Source: an uncultured Thermococci archaeon (GTDB lineage Archaea > Methanobacteriota_B > Thermococci > Methanofastidiosales > B48-G16). From it: a stretch of 64,000 bases of DNA. Both the position numbers and the translations under genes were made by a program. Every line of letters starts with the position of its first letter. Position 1 is the first letter of the stretch. Where the stretch lies: assembly GCA_964595645.1 (NCBI GenBank), contig CAZQQT010000002.1, positions 32,001 to 96,000 of the forward strand, read 5' to 3'. Of the stretch, positions 50,987-60,983 are shown piece by piece. The notes beneath the pieces are model-generated. The model did not search any database, was not told where the DNA came from, and saw nothing but the letters and a program-made list of their open reading frames with translations.

Positions 50987-51562
50987 TCACTCCACCGTTT
51001 TTCTTTTTTTCCATGCAGTAACCACCATTTCCACAAGAGAAACGGGATCGTCACTTCTGTGTATCGTTGCATTACTGGATTTTTCAATGTCTCGAAGGAG
51101 AATGTCAATTGTGTTTTTCGTGATTCCTCCGCTCCCGTCGAGAATTCCAATCGGTTTTCCTAGATCGTAGGCGATAGTGAACTCGTTCATTGTCCCCGTT
51201 CGACCATCGATGAGAATACAGGCGTCACAGGCAGTGACAGAAGACACATTCCTATATTTTTTACATACTAACGGCTTGTCTGCGTGCATATAGTTCTTCG
51301 GAATAAACACGAAATCGGTGAACCCTTCGACAGGGTAGTTGTAGACATGAACATGATCGTTTAGGCTGGTGGCAGGAGAGTATCCGACGGTAATGCCTCC
51401 TCGTCGGTACGCTTCCTGTACTGCCTCGTACGGGAGCCCTGGACAGCCGCCGGTGATTACTGTGTGTCCTCGTTCTGCAATCTCTCCTCCCACTACCCGT
51501 GCGTTCTTTGCAATCTCTTCTCGGATATCAGAAGATGCCGATCCGTACACACCAATCTTCAT
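50987..51562 (-). CDS. SLOG/LOG-family nucleotide-binding protein
   Basis: IGVYGS, ITGGCPG, RN, GTMNE. Confidence 0.8.
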   Translation of the reverse strand: MKIGVYGSASSDIREEIAKNARVVGGEIAERGHTVITGGCPGLPYEAVQEAYRRGGITVGYSPATSLNDHVHVYNYPVEGFTDFVFIPKNYMHADKPLVCKKYRNVSSVTACDACILIDGRTGTMNEFTIAYDLGKPIGILDGSGGITKNTIDILLRDIEKSSNATIHRSDDPVSLVEMVVTAWKKRKTVE

Positions 51563-51629
51563 ACCGTATTTCTACTACTTCTCTTGAAATACGTTATGCA
51601 GAAACGTAGTAGGAGGGTACCGAGAGGGT

Positions 51630-51758
51630 ATTGAAGAACTTCTCAACAAGGTACAAGAGTACCTCAACAATGCCAATACCACGAACAACACAATCTACGC
51701 GAACAACGAGCTGCTGAATGCGATTGAGTTACTAGAAAAGATATTAAACATGCTTTAA
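51630..51758 (+). repeat. 129-bp direct repeat copy 1 (orphan gene 3' end)
   Basis: 108/129 identical to 52734-52862; encodes IEELLNKVQEYLNNANTTNNTIYANNELL...; no in-frame start. Confidence 0.9.
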
Positions 51759-51891
51759 TTTTTCTTTTTCTTCTGTCTTTAGAGTAAATCAAATAGTAAC
51801 CCCCCTGTTCGGAGAAAGCGAGATTACCTGTAAGACCTCAGCGAAAACATGAAGATACATATTTAAATCTTGCAACGGGATAAATGTACTA

Positions 51892-52194
51892 ATGAACCAT
51901 AGTAGAAAAATGGATAAACAGCACATCTATCAAATGATTGCTCGATACCTCAAGAAAAAAGGAGCGAAAAAAGTGGCAATCTTTGGATCGTACGTACACG
52001 ATGAAGAGGAGGTAGGGAGCGATATCGATGTGCTGGTGACATTCTCCGACACAAAGAGCCTTCTTGAATTGGTCAGGATGGAGAGAGAACTCTCAGAAAA
52101 AATAGGGATACCAATTGATTTGTTAACTGAAAATTCGTTAAGTCCATATATCAAAGATCGTATCCATAAAGAGATGAAAGAGGTATACGGATGA
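51892..52194 (+). CDS. MNT antitoxin
   Basis: FGSYVHDEEEVGSDIDVLV. Confidence 0.9.
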   Translation: MNHSRKMDKQHIYQMIARYLKKKGAKKVAIFGSYVHDEEEVGSDIDVLVTFSDTKSLLELVRMERELSEKIGIPIDLLTENSLSPYIKDRIHKEMKEVYG

Positions 52195-52529
52195 GTAAGG
52201 ATGATGAGGTCTACCTACAGCACATTCTCGATTCTATTGTGCTCATAGAAGAATTCACTGAAGAGATAGAGAAAAATGAGTTTACACGTAACGAACTGGT
52301 CCAATCCGCTGTGATTAGACAGATAGAGATAATCGGTGAAGCTACCAAACGACTCTCCAATAAAACAAGAGATGAATATCCCAACATACCATGGAAAGAT
52401 ATGGCAGGCATGAGAGATAAACTGATCCATGGATATTTTGGTGTAGATATAGACGCAGTATGGGACACAGTGCAACGAGATATACCCAAACTTGAAAAAG
52501 ATATTGAAAACGTTTTAAAAACGGATTGA
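52191..52529 (+). CDS. HepT-like DUF86 RNase toxin
   Basis: EIIGEA, IPWKDMAGMRDKLIHGYFGVD. Confidence 0.92.
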   Translation: MSKDDEVYLQHILDSIVLIEEFTEEIEKNEFTRNELVQSAVIRQIEIIGEATKRLSNKTRDEYPNIPWKDMAGMRDKLIHGYFGVDIDAVWDTVQRDIPKLEKDIENVLKTD

Positions 52530-52733
52530 ATTAACTGAATGTTTGTTTTTCTTTCCAGTAGTTCATCTCAGCATTCCTTTATGACACCATTAGTAACTCT
52601 CTATGACAGAGGAATGGAGACTTCTACCTATGGATCATCCGTCGACAGGTTAACCCGGTACAGGCTTCGCTCAAGTGAATGCACTGCTTTTCGAAATAGG
52701 AGGAAAGAGCTCCCTAGCGATGTTCCGAAGGAC

Positions 52734-52862
52734 ATTGAGGAATTTCTCAATAAAGTGCAAGAACACCTCAACAACGCTAATACCACGAACAACACAATCT
52801 ACGCGAATAATGAGCTGCTGAAAGTAATCAAGCTATTGGAAAAAATATTAAACATGTTTTAA
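52734..52862 (+). repeat. 129-bp direct repeat copy 2 (orphan gene 3' end)
   Basis: Encodes IEEFLNKVQEHLNNANTTNNTIYANNELLKVIKLLEKILNMF*, followed by T-rich tract. Confidence 0.9.
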
Positions 52863-53065
52863 CTTTTTTCTGTTTTCCCCGCTTTTCTACCACCGATGGA
52901 TAAATTAGGAAAAATTCTCTTAATCTCATTGAGCGAACTAAAACATAATAAGATTTGAGCATGCCATATCAAACTGTATAATTCGTCGTATCTACCCACT
53001 TTATAGTTGTCTGACTACTGGAAATAACCGAAAGGTTAATAAATAGGATAAAAAATCTTTAAACG

Positions 53066-53257
53066 GTGATGATAATGCCGGCTGTATTAGTTGATAAGGA
53101 AGCATGTACAGGTTGCGGAACATGCGTTGAGAACTGTCCTTCCGATGTGTTTGAAATCCAGGAAGGAATCGCTGTTCCCGTCGAGGAAGAGGCCTGTATC
53201 GGATGCAGGCTCTGCGAGTCGCAGTGTCCGGAAGGTGCGATTACTGTAGAAGATTAA
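53066..53257 (+). CDS. 2[4Fe-4S] ferredoxin
   Basis: CTGCGTCVENCP and CIGCRLCESQCP. Confidence 0.95.
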   Translation: MMIMPAVLVDKEACTGCGTCVENCPSDVFEIQEGIAVPVEEEACIGCRLCESQCPEGAITVED

Positions 53258-53420
53258 CCTCTTTTTCTTTTTTTCATTTATTTATTTCATGTTTGTTTGC
53301 ACAACTCCTTAGATTATTTTTCTTTTTTCAACTCTCTTCTTTTAGCTGAAGAACTTATCAATGATCCATGGTGGTGTTTTGCGCTACTATCCAAACCCAA
53401 AACGAAGTTTTGTGATTTAA

Positions 53421-53974
53421 ATCGCAGAACTTCTGTTCTTCGATCTGACCACAGAGCCGCCGGAACAAGATTCGGATGGCGATGGCGTGCCAGATCACAA
53501 TGACAACTGTCCGAATAACGCCAACCCAAACCAGTACGACAAGGATAACGATGGGTTCGGAAACGTATGCGATACTGTATTCATCTGGATGGAAGTACTG
53601 GAGAAATAGACAACGGATGCCCGTGTGATCGTGAAAAAGCAGGAAAGTACAGGCAAGAGGCTGAGGATATGATAGATGAGGCGAAGAGATTGAGGAGTTT
53701 AGCTGATACCACGAATACCGCAGAATATAGAAGTTATTTGATTGGGGCAGGTACAGCTGTGGGAGGATTTATAGGAAGCTATTTAGCTCCAGGGCCTGGT
53801 ACTGTGGTAGGAATGAAGGTTGGTGCGTTTGGTGTCGGATTAATAGTGGGGTACATAGGATTTGAGCAGGGTGAATATGAAGATGAGTGTATTGAAAGAG
53901 CTCACGATCTTGAAATTAGCGCAGAATATTTAGATCAAAAGGCAGAAGTATGGACACGAGGGGGCAGTGGATGA
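53421..53974 (+). pseudogene. Truncated, frameshifted TSP3-repeat protein with glycine-zipper C-terminal domain
   Basis: DSDGDGVPDHNDNCPNNANPNQYDKDNDGFGNVCD, -1 shift near 53573 into ORF 53567-53974 (GAGTAVGGFIG..PGPGTVVG). Confidence 0.7.
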
Positions 53975-54390
53975 GCATCATGAAAAAACTATCTGGGTTG
54001 AACAGAGAAACAAAAATCTTTTTTGTTATTTTGTTTTTTGGTTCTTTGATTGGTCTTTTTTTGGATCATTTTTTCCTCTACCCCGTAGTTGGTGCCTTAA
54101 TAGGATTTGGTTATCTCTGTAACACTGGAAGGCTTGTTATTTGCAAAGAGAAAGAGTATAAATCAAAAGATCATTTTCTTTCCCACAAAGTAGACAATAA
54201 GATAAAGATATACCCCTTAACACTATTATCAATTCTTTTCGCATCATTAGTAGTTATGCATATCGCAGATGATCCTCCTCATTTTATATTAGCTGCAGTA
54301 ATTGGAGCTAGTTTTACTTTTTTCTATTTTGAAGGGGAGGGCAGACTCAACATCCACAAGAAAAATATTCCGATCTGGCCTCGGCACTAA
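53971..54390 (+). CDS. Small 4-TM membrane protein with internal duplication
   Basis: ATGA overlap; two halves KI..DHF..G....TGRL / KI..PHF..G....EGRL. Confidence 0.65.
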   Translation: MSIMKKLSGLNRETKIFFVILFFGSLIGLFLDHFFLYPVVGALIGFGYLCNTGRLVICKEKEYKSKDHFLSHKVDNKIKIYPLTLLSILFASLVVMHIADDPPHFILAAVIGASFTFFYFEGEGRLNIHKKNIPIWPRH

Positions 54391-54681
54391 ATTCCCATCG
54401 TCTCTTTCACAACTAACAGAGTATTATACAATAAAGATTGACGATGGCAAAAGTACTTCAGCCAGATTAAAACATAGTTTGATGTTTTTTATACCAAAAT
54501 TCCACTTTTTTTGAGTTCTACGACCTACATCAATTCGTCTCTACACCTTTTTCAGTTATTTCGAGAGGAGAAAATCTGGGACAGCAGTGAAAGAAGAATA
54601 ACAGTAGGGGATCTCAGAATGAGTTATGCAACCAAGCATTATTTTACATAAATTTATAAACTCTCGTCGTAAAGTAGTACT

Positions 54682-55521
54682 ATGCTGAGAAAAAGCACTG
54701 TAGCTGGTAGATTTTACCCATCCAATCCGGATAGATTGAAAGGTCAAATACGAGATTTTTTCGATGAAAAACCAAAAATAAAGAGTTACACGGGAAAAAT
54801 AGGCGTGCTATCCCCTCACGCAGGATACGCATTTTCTGGAAAAACGGCAAGTTACAGCTACAAAGCGCTTGCCGAAACGTTTCCTGAAACCGTTATCATC
54901 ATCGGTCCTAACCATACAGGGATGGGATCGCCGCTGGCTATGATGACGAAGGGAGCGTGGGAAACACCGCTGGGAAATGTGGAGATCGACTCACAGCTCG
55001 CGGACACACTCCTCGATGAATGTGAGGTGCTGGACGCCGATGACACAGCCCACAGACACGAGCACTCAATCGAGGTACAGCTTCCCTTTCTTCAGTACCT
55101 CTCACCCGATATACAGTTCGTTCCTATCTCCATGAGCATGCAGGATCAGGATACCGCACAGGAACTCGGAGAGGCCATCGCTTATGTGATAGAGGATGAG
55201 AAAGTGGGAATCATCGCGAGCAGCGATCTCATGCACTACGGTCGGAGTTACGGTTACGTTCCGTTCAGGAATAACGTGATTGAACAGATGAAGGACATGG
55301 ATCTCACCGCATTGAACGCAGTAGTGGATCGTGCGCCGGAAGCGTTGTACGAACTCGCAGATAAAGGCTACACGATGTGCGGATACGGCTGTGTGTCCGC
55401 CATGATCTACGCGTTAGAGGAGTATGTAACGGAAGGCGAGATCCTCGATTACTCTACCTCCTCCGAGGTTTCTGGAGATACGAGTACTGTGGTGGGCTAC
55501 GGTTCTGTTGTCTTACAATAA
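54682..55521 (+). CDS. amrB: MEMO1/AmmeMemoRadiSam protein B
   Basis: VAGRFYP, PHAGY, GPNHTG, EHSIEVQLPF, SSDLMHY, MCGYG. Confidence 0.93.
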   Translation: MLRKSTVAGRFYPSNPDRLKGQIRDFFDEKPKIKSYTGKIGVLSPHAGYAFSGKTASYSYKALAETFPETVIIIGPNHTGMGSPLAMMTKGAWETPLGNVEIDSQLADTLLDECEVLDADDTAHRHEHSIEVQLPFLQYLSPDIQFVPISMSMQDQDTAQELGEAIAYVIEDEKVGIIASSDLMHYGRSYGYVPFRNNVIEQMKDMDLTALNAVVDRAPEALYELADKGYTMCGYGCVSAMIYALEEYVTEGEILDYSTSSEVSGDTSTVVGYGSVVLQ

Positions 55522-55573
55522 ATTTAATAAGTAGATATTCATATAGTATCTATGGACATGAAGGAGGGATTAT

Positions 55574-56500
55574 ATGGGTTTTGGAAAAGGATACGGAAAA
55601 GTAATTCTGTTTAATGAACATTTTGTTGTACACGGTGTTCCGGCAATCGCCTCTGCCATCGGTCTGACAACAGATGCAGATGTGACCACACACAGCGGAA
55701 AGGGTATTAAACTGATCGATAATAGAAAAGGAACAGAGGGATACACTGAAGAGAAACATGAGCACCAGATGGAAGCGTTAAAAAGAGTAACGGAGTATAT
55801 GAACTTTGATCCAGAGGAAAATCCGATTAAAATAACACTTGGAGGAGATCTCCCCACATTTTCTGGTATTGGTGCGAGTGCTGCAAATCTAGTTGCCATT
55901 GTGCGAGGAATCAACGATGAGTTCAACTTAGGATTCTCTGATGAAGAGGTAAATAAAGCCGCATATGAGGGGGAACGAGCATTCGCAGGCACACCCTCTG
56001 GTATCGATAACACCGCGGCCACGTTTGGAGGGCTTATCTGGTTCAAGAGAGGAGAAAAGAATGTGATAGAGAGACTCAACATTAAAAAGCCGGTAGAGAT
56101 CGTCATGGGGAATACCGGTGTAGTGGCAAATACAAAGGAGGTTGTTGCCGGTGTGAGAGAGAGGAAGGAGAAATACCCGGACAAATATAACAAAATATTC
56201 AACGATGCAGAAAAACTCGTGTATAAAGCGCGAGACGCACTTATGGACTACGATCTGGAGCGCGTCGGAAAGTTCATGAATGAGAATCATACACAGCTTC
56301 AGGATATAGAAGTCGATGGAGAGGAGCTTAACTTCCTCGTTGATCTTGCCCGGAACAATGGCGCCCTCGGTGCAAAGCTCACAGGAGGAGGCGTCGGCGG
56401 CTGTATGGTCGCGTTGACCCCCGGTAAGAAACTCCAGGAGACCGTTGCATCTGCGATGGAAGAGGAAGGATTCCAGGTATTAAGAACACAGATACGGTGA
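55574..56500 (+). CDS. mvk: Mevalonate kinase
   Basis: GKVILFNEHFVVHG, SGIGASAA, PSGID, GAKLTGGG.GG. Confidence 0.9.
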   Translation: MGFGKGYGKVILFNEHFVVHGVPAIASAIGLTTDADVTTHSGKGIKLIDNRKGTEGYTEEKHEHQMEALKRVTEYMNFDPEENPIKITLGGDLPTFSGIGASAANLVAIVRGINDEFNLGFSDEEVNKAAYEGERAFAGTPSGIDNTAATFGGLIWFKRGEKNVIERLNIKKPVEIVMGNTGVVANTKEVVAGVRERKEKYPDKYNKIFNDAEKLVYKARDALMDYDLERVGKFMNENHTQLQDIEVDGEELNFLVDLARNNGALGAKLTGGGVGGCMVALTPGKKLQETVASAMEEEGFQVLRTQIR

Positions 56501-56504
56501 TCCC

Positions 56505-57815
56505 ATGAATCTGCGCGATTTTCTCACGACGTTGGAGAAGGAAGGAACACTTTCCCGGATTACGAAGGAGGTCTCCATACACCATGAGATAGCAAATATA
56601 CTCTACTCTCTCAACGAGAAACCTACACTCTTTGAAAACGTTGAGGGATACGAATTTCCGGTGTTTGGGGGGATCACATCGGATAGAGATATAATCGCAA
56701 AGGCACTGGGAACTACAAAGGACCAACTGCTTTTCAAACTTGTTGATGCTCTTCGACACCCAAAAAAGCCGGAAATGGTAGAAAATGCCCCCTGCCAAGA
56801 GGAAATTGTTCGGGATCCGGATCTCGATACACTTCCCATACTCCACCATCTCCCTGGCGATGGCGGGAGGTATACCTCGGCCTCTGTGGCTATCATAAAG
56901 GATCCAGAGACGGGCAGAAACGCCTGTTACCATCGGATGATGCAGGTAGGGAAAGATAGGTTCACGGCACGACTGATCAAAAAGAGGCAGACGAGAACTA
57001 CCTACGATAACACAGAGGGAGAACTGGAGATGGCTGTCTGTCTCGGAAACTCGGTCCCTGTGATGGTGGCTGCTTCGCTCGGTCCTCCACCGGGTGTCGA
57101 CGAGTTGTCCCTTGCCAACGCCCTTGATGAGACGCCGCTCGTGAAATGTGTCACAAAGGATCTGGAGGTCCCCGCAGAATCCGAGTTCGTACTTGAAGGA
57201 AGAATCACACGAGAGTTAGATCGTGAGGGTCCCTTTGTTGATCTCACAGAGACACGAGATTTTGAACGGCAGGAACCGGTCTTCGTCGTTGACTGCATCA
57301 CCCACAGGAAGGATGCCATGTACCAGGCACTGCTTCCTGGACGACGTGAGCACAAGATGCTCATGGGCATGCCCAAAGAGCCTACGATATATGACGAGGT
57401 AAGCAAGGTAGTGACCTGTAACAATGTACTCGTCACCATGGGAGGCGGCTCGTGGTTACATGGCGTTGTTCAGATAGAAAAAGAAACCGAGGAGGACCCT
57501 AAAAAAGCGATAGAGGCAGCATTTAGAGGACATGGAAGTATGAAGCACGTCATCATTGTTGAGGAGGATGTGGATATATACGATCCGAATGCACTGGAAT
57601 GGGCAATCGCCACACGATTCCAAGCAGATAAGGATCTCTATATATACCCAGATCAGCCGGGGAGCTCCTTGGATCCTTCCGGAAAGCATGTGCCCGGGAA
57701 AAAGACGAGAACGACAAAGGTTGGCGTCGATGCCACGATACCGCCTGATGTCGATCCGAGTAATTATGAACGGGTGAGTTATACAAAGGTCGATCTCGAT
57801 GATTACCTCGGGTGA
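56505..57815 (+). CDS. UbiD-family decarboxylase (probable anhydromevalonate 5-phosphate decarboxylase)
   Basis: EGPFVD, WAIATRFQ, SSLDPS, KVGVDAT; context with mvk and AcnX. Confidence 0.88.
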   Translation: MNLRDFLTTLEKEGTLSRITKEVSIHHEIANILYSLNEKPTLFENVEGYEFPVFGGITSDRDIIAKALGTTKDQLLFKLVDALRHPKKPEMVENAPCQEEIVRDPDLDTLPILHHLPGDGGRYTSASVAIIKDPETGRNACYHRMMQVGKDRFTARLIKKRQTRTTYDNTEGELEMAVCLGNSVPVMVAASLGPPPGVDELSLANALDETPLVKCVTKDLEVPAESEFVLEGRITRELDREGPFVDLTETRDFERQEPVFVVDCITHRKDAMYQALLPGRREHKMLMGMPKEPTIYDEVSKVVTCNNVLVTMGGGSWLHGVVQIEKETEEDPKKAIEAAFRGHGSMKHVIIVEEDVDIYDPNALEWAIATRFQADKDLYIYPDQPGSSLDPSGKHVPGKKTRTTKVGVDATIPPDVDPSNYERVSYTKVDLDDYLG

Positions 57816-58116
57816 GGGAAAGTACGCAGTATGGCTTGAAGAGAAAAAGATCGGGAAGGATAGAGTGTATCTCTTAGGGGGAGGAGAAAAATCCCACATA
57901 GGAGGAGTCGTGATCTGCAGACCAAACGAGCAACCGCAGGTCATCGGACTGGAGGGGCACCGTGACACCGTTGTACTCACACCGATCGCTGAGAGAGCAT
58001 CGAAGAAGTACGGTACAACGGCAGTCGCGATTGGGGGAGTGCATATAGATAATGCGAAAAAAGAGGAGATAGAGAAGATTGTAAAGAATTGTAGGAGCAT
58101 GATATCATGTATCTGA
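57799..58116 (+). CDS. LpdD-like prenyl-flavin chaperone (PAC4-like)
   Basis: GGGEKSHIGGV, GHRD, GGVHIDNA.KEEI; coupled to UbiD gene. Confidence 0.65.
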   Translation: MITSGEGKYAVWLEEKKIGKDRVYLLGGGEKSHIGGVVICRPNEQPQVIGLEGHRDTVVLTPIAERASKKYGTTAVAIGGVHIDNAKKEEIEKIVKNCRSMISCI

Positions 58117-59291
58117 CAAAGGAAGAGGAAGCCATTTTGAATGGTGAGAAAGGAGAAGCGTATGAGAAGCTATTCCGTCTGCTTGTACGACTTGGCGATA
58201 TCTACGGAGCAGACAAGATGATTCCTGTAGGATCCGTGCAGGTGGCAGGAGTCTCGTATAAATCCATTGGAGACCCCGGAAGGGATTTTCTTGAGGATTT
58301 TGCGAAGAAGGGAGCAAAGGCAAAGGTGTTAACATTTTTAAATCCCGCCGGCATGGACATGGAAAACTGGAAAGAGATAGGATTCCCAGAGAAGTTTGCT
58401 GAAAGCCAGATGAGGATCATCAACGCGTTCAAAAAGATGGGAATCGTTGTGACAGCGACGTGCACGCCGTACCTTGCCGGAAACTTACCACGGTTTAGAG
58501 AGCATATTGCATGGTCGGAGTCCTCGGCAGTCTCCTTTGCAAACTCTGTGATCGGTGCGAGAACAAACAGAGAAGGGGGACCATCCGCGCTAGCCGCATC
58601 CCTCTGTGGTGTGACACCGAACTACGGACTGCACCTCGATGAGAACCGATCCCCTAATATGGTGATTCACGTCGATGCAGAGCTTACCACGAGCTCAGAT
58701 TTCGGTGCGTTGGGATATCACGTTGGAAAAATTGTAGAGGATAAAATTCCATATTATACAGGAATCAATGATGCAAATACAGATAATTTAAAAGCACTGG
58801 GTGCTGCAATGGCAGCATCGGGAGCCGTGGCACTGTACCATGCAGAGGGTCTCACACCTGAAGCACATCTCATGGATCCAGAAGGATTAGAGACTATCGA
58901 GGTCACGGAGAACGACCTGAAGGAGACCTATGAGGAGGTAACTACTGGTAAAGATCCAGATATCGTGATTCTCGGATGTCCTCACGCGTCTCTCCGCGAG
59001 ATTGCAGAGGTAGCTGGGAAGCTTCACGGGAAAAAACTCTCAAAGCCTCTCTGGATATGCACCTCAAAAACCATGAAAGAGACGGCAACAGCGATGGGCT
59101 ATACAGAAACAATTGAGAAGGCAGGAGGACGAGTTGTGGCAGATACGTGTATGGTCGTGTCACCAATCGAACAGATGGGATACAAAACCACAGCTGTGAA
59201 CTCGGGGAAGGCGGCGAACTATCTCCCTGGATTCTGTAACCAGAAGGTAGTTTTTAATCACATCGATAAGCTCATAGAGGAGGCGATCTGA
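58107..59291 (+). CDS. Aconitase X large subunit (phosphomevalonate dehydratase)
   Basis: MYLTKEEE, GVSYK, TCTPY, WSESSA..ANS, GCPH, DTCMVV. Confidence 0.92.
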   Translation: MYLTKEEEAILNGEKGEAYEKLFRLLVRLGDIYGADKMIPVGSVQVAGVSYKSIGDPGRDFLEDFAKKGAKAKVLTFLNPAGMDMENWKEIGFPEKFAESQMRIINAFKKMGIVVTATCTPYLAGNLPRFREHIAWSESSAVSFANSVIGARTNREGGPSALAASLCGVTPNYGLHLDENRSPNMVIHVDAELTTSSDFGALGYHVGKIVEDKIPYYTGINDANTDNLKALGAAMAASGAVALYHAEGLTPEAHLMDPEGLETIEVTENDLKETYEEVTTGKDPDIVILGCPHASLREIAEVAGKLHGKKLSKPLWICTSKTMKETATAMGYTETIEKAGGRVVADTCMVVSPIEQMGYKTTAVNSGKAANYLPGFCNQKVVFNHIDKLIEEAI

Positions 59292-59674
59292 TGAAAGGAA
59301 GAATGATCAATCCTGGAACTACAGAAGGTGAGGCGATTGTCTCACGAGAACCCATTGGATTTTATGGTGGAATCGATGCAAAAACGGGAATTGTCATAGA
59401 AAAAGGCCATGAACTCGAAGGAGAGTCTGTGAAGGATAAAATATTGGTATTCCCCCGTGGGAAGGGATCCACCGTTGGATCGTATGTCATATACGGGTTA
59501 AAGATGAACGGCGTCGCGCCGAAGGCAATCATCAACGAGGAGACAGAGACCATCGTTGCCACCGGTGCGATACTTGCTGGTATCCCGTGTGTCGATGGGA
59601 TCGATATCAGTGATATCACCACGGGAGAAACACTGAAGGTGGATGCAGACAACGGGACCGTAGAGAAGCGTTAG
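59291..59674 (+). CDS. Aconitase X small swivel subunit (DUF126)
   Basis: FYGGID, FPRGKGSTVGS, IVATGA. Confidence 0.92.
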   Translation: MKGRMINPGTTEGEAIVSREPIGFYGGIDAKTGIVIEKGHELEGESVKDKILVFPRGKGSTVGSYVIYGLKMNGVAPKAIINEETETIVATGAILAGIPCVDGIDISDITTGETLKVDADNGTVEKR

Positions 59675-59976
59675 CGTGGCTTTATTTTCTTGAGCGTCAA
59701 AATCGCTCGTCCAATTTTTTCTATCTCCTCTACAGTGTCTGCTGTTTGGAGTTTATTGTAGAGAAACGCTATCTTCTGATCCACGACATCCTTACTTTCT
59801 GTAGAGACGAACTCCGCAGCTTTTTTGTCTTCTTCTTTTTCCTGCGTACTACAGTTTACGCAAAATAGTTTCCCATCTTTCTCAAACAGTGGGTAGTAAC
59901 ACTTTTCACAGTGTTTGTTCGTCATTTTGGCTCCGGAAAGAAGTAACCGGGCCATCTTCTCACCATTAATTTCCAT
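59671..59976 (-). CDS. UPF0148/autoantigen p27-like zinc-ribbon protein
   Basis: MARLLLSGAKM..HCEKC..PLF..FCVNC. Confidence 0.85.
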   Translation of the reverse strand: MEINGEKMARLLLSGAKMTNKHCEKCYYPLFEKDGKLFCVNCSTQEKEEDKKAAEFVSTESKDVVDQKIAFLYNKLQTADTVEEIEKIGRAILTLKKIKPR

Positions 59977-60613
59977 CGTAGTAACTCTCGATTAAAAATT
60001 TTATAAATTTTATCGTATCACTGACATTTTTTATATGGCTTTTCTCACCGGCGTAGATCGTTTCTATTGGGACATGACCGATTTTGCAGTCTGCCCGCAC
60101 TAACAGTTCCGACTCCAGGGTGAACCCGCGGGTCGTAAACTCAATTCCTTCCAGCACCTCCGTTTTTATCAACCGGTACCCCGATTGGCTGTCGCCGATA
60201 GGCTGGTGTGTTCTCCACGAGAGGAGGAGGGTCGTGAGTTTATTGGAGATCTCCCGTAGGGGCGGCATTTTCTCAAAATCTCGTGCTCCTATTACAATGC
60301 CGTAGCTCTCCTCCGCCTTTTCCAAGAATTTTGGGATCGCTGCAGGATGATGCTGTCCGTCGGCATCCAGCGTGATCACCGCATCGTAGCCATGTTCCAA
60401 CGCATAGGTAAACCCCGTGATCAACGCGTCTCCCTTCCCCTTGTTCTGTGCGTGCCGTACTACGGACGCCCCCTGTCTTTCTGCAATGTTTCCAGTATTA
60501 TCGATGGATCCGTCATCCACCACGAGCACATCACAGTACTTCAGCGTATCCTCTACGACTGTTCCTATCTTTTTTCCTTCGTTGTACGCCGGAATTACTG
60601 CCAGTACCTTCAT
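59966..60613 (-). CDS. GT2 DPM1-like glycosyltransferase
   Basis: IPAYNE, DDGS, GKG, DADGQH, DSQSGYR. Confidence 0.9.
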   Translation of the reverse strand: MKVLAVIPAYNEGKKIGTVVEDTLKYCDVLVVDDGSIDNTGNIAERQGASVVRHAQNKGKGDALITGFTYALEHGYDAVITLDADGQHHPAAIPKFLEKAEESYGIVIGARDFEKMPPLREISNKLTTLLLSWRTHQPIGDSQSGYRLIKTEVLEGIEFTTRGFTLESELLVRADCKIGHVPIETIYAGEKSHIKNVSDTIKFIKFLIESYYDGN

Positions 60614-60622
60614 TACCGTTCC

Positions 60623-60898
60623 TTACTCTTTCTTCTTATAAAGTTTTATTCCTTCAGTACAGATCCGTGAGGAGATGCTTCCCATTATCCAGAGGCTCCC
60701 GATGTAGACAATCGATTTTATGATATTCTCAAAAAGTGTGGGGAACGTATCTTCCTCCCCCATCTTCTCTGGAAATTCAAGGTTCAGCATAGTAGGGTCC
60801 TGAAATATCCTGTACGCGGTGATAAAGACAACGCCAAGGAGTATCAACCCAATAAAAAATATTGCAAGCCCCATGTTGCGGACAGATCCTTCTTCCAT
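60623..60898 (-). CDS. Small 2-TM hypothetical protein
   Basis: Two hydrophobic helices, in operon orientation. Confidence 0.6.
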   Translation of the reverse strand: MEEGSVRNMGLAIFFIGLILLGVVFITAYRIFQDPTMLNLEFPEKMGEEDTFPTLFENIIKSIVYIGSLWIMGSISSRICTEGIKLYKKKE

Positions 60899-60983
60899 AG
60901 TCTGTAAAGGAATAACTAGTTAATAAAACTAGTGTTTGTCACGTCTCCCTTACATTTTTATATCGACAGCGAGAATACATCTC

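Noticed and set aside
52539-52733. 5' part of the 107-aa ORF as a real gene
   Set aside because: Only the last ~50 codons look protein-like; treated as a remnant
51630-52862. AAC-rich repeat pair as DGR template/variable regions
   Set aside because: Many mismatches are C/T at synonymous sites, not adenine-specific; no reverse transcriptase in the window
53361-53420. LRYYPNP as an RHS core remnant
   Set aside because: Too short and divergent; no DPxG motif
54560-54650. RITVGDLRMSY as a RelE scrap
   Set aside because: Similarity too short to support
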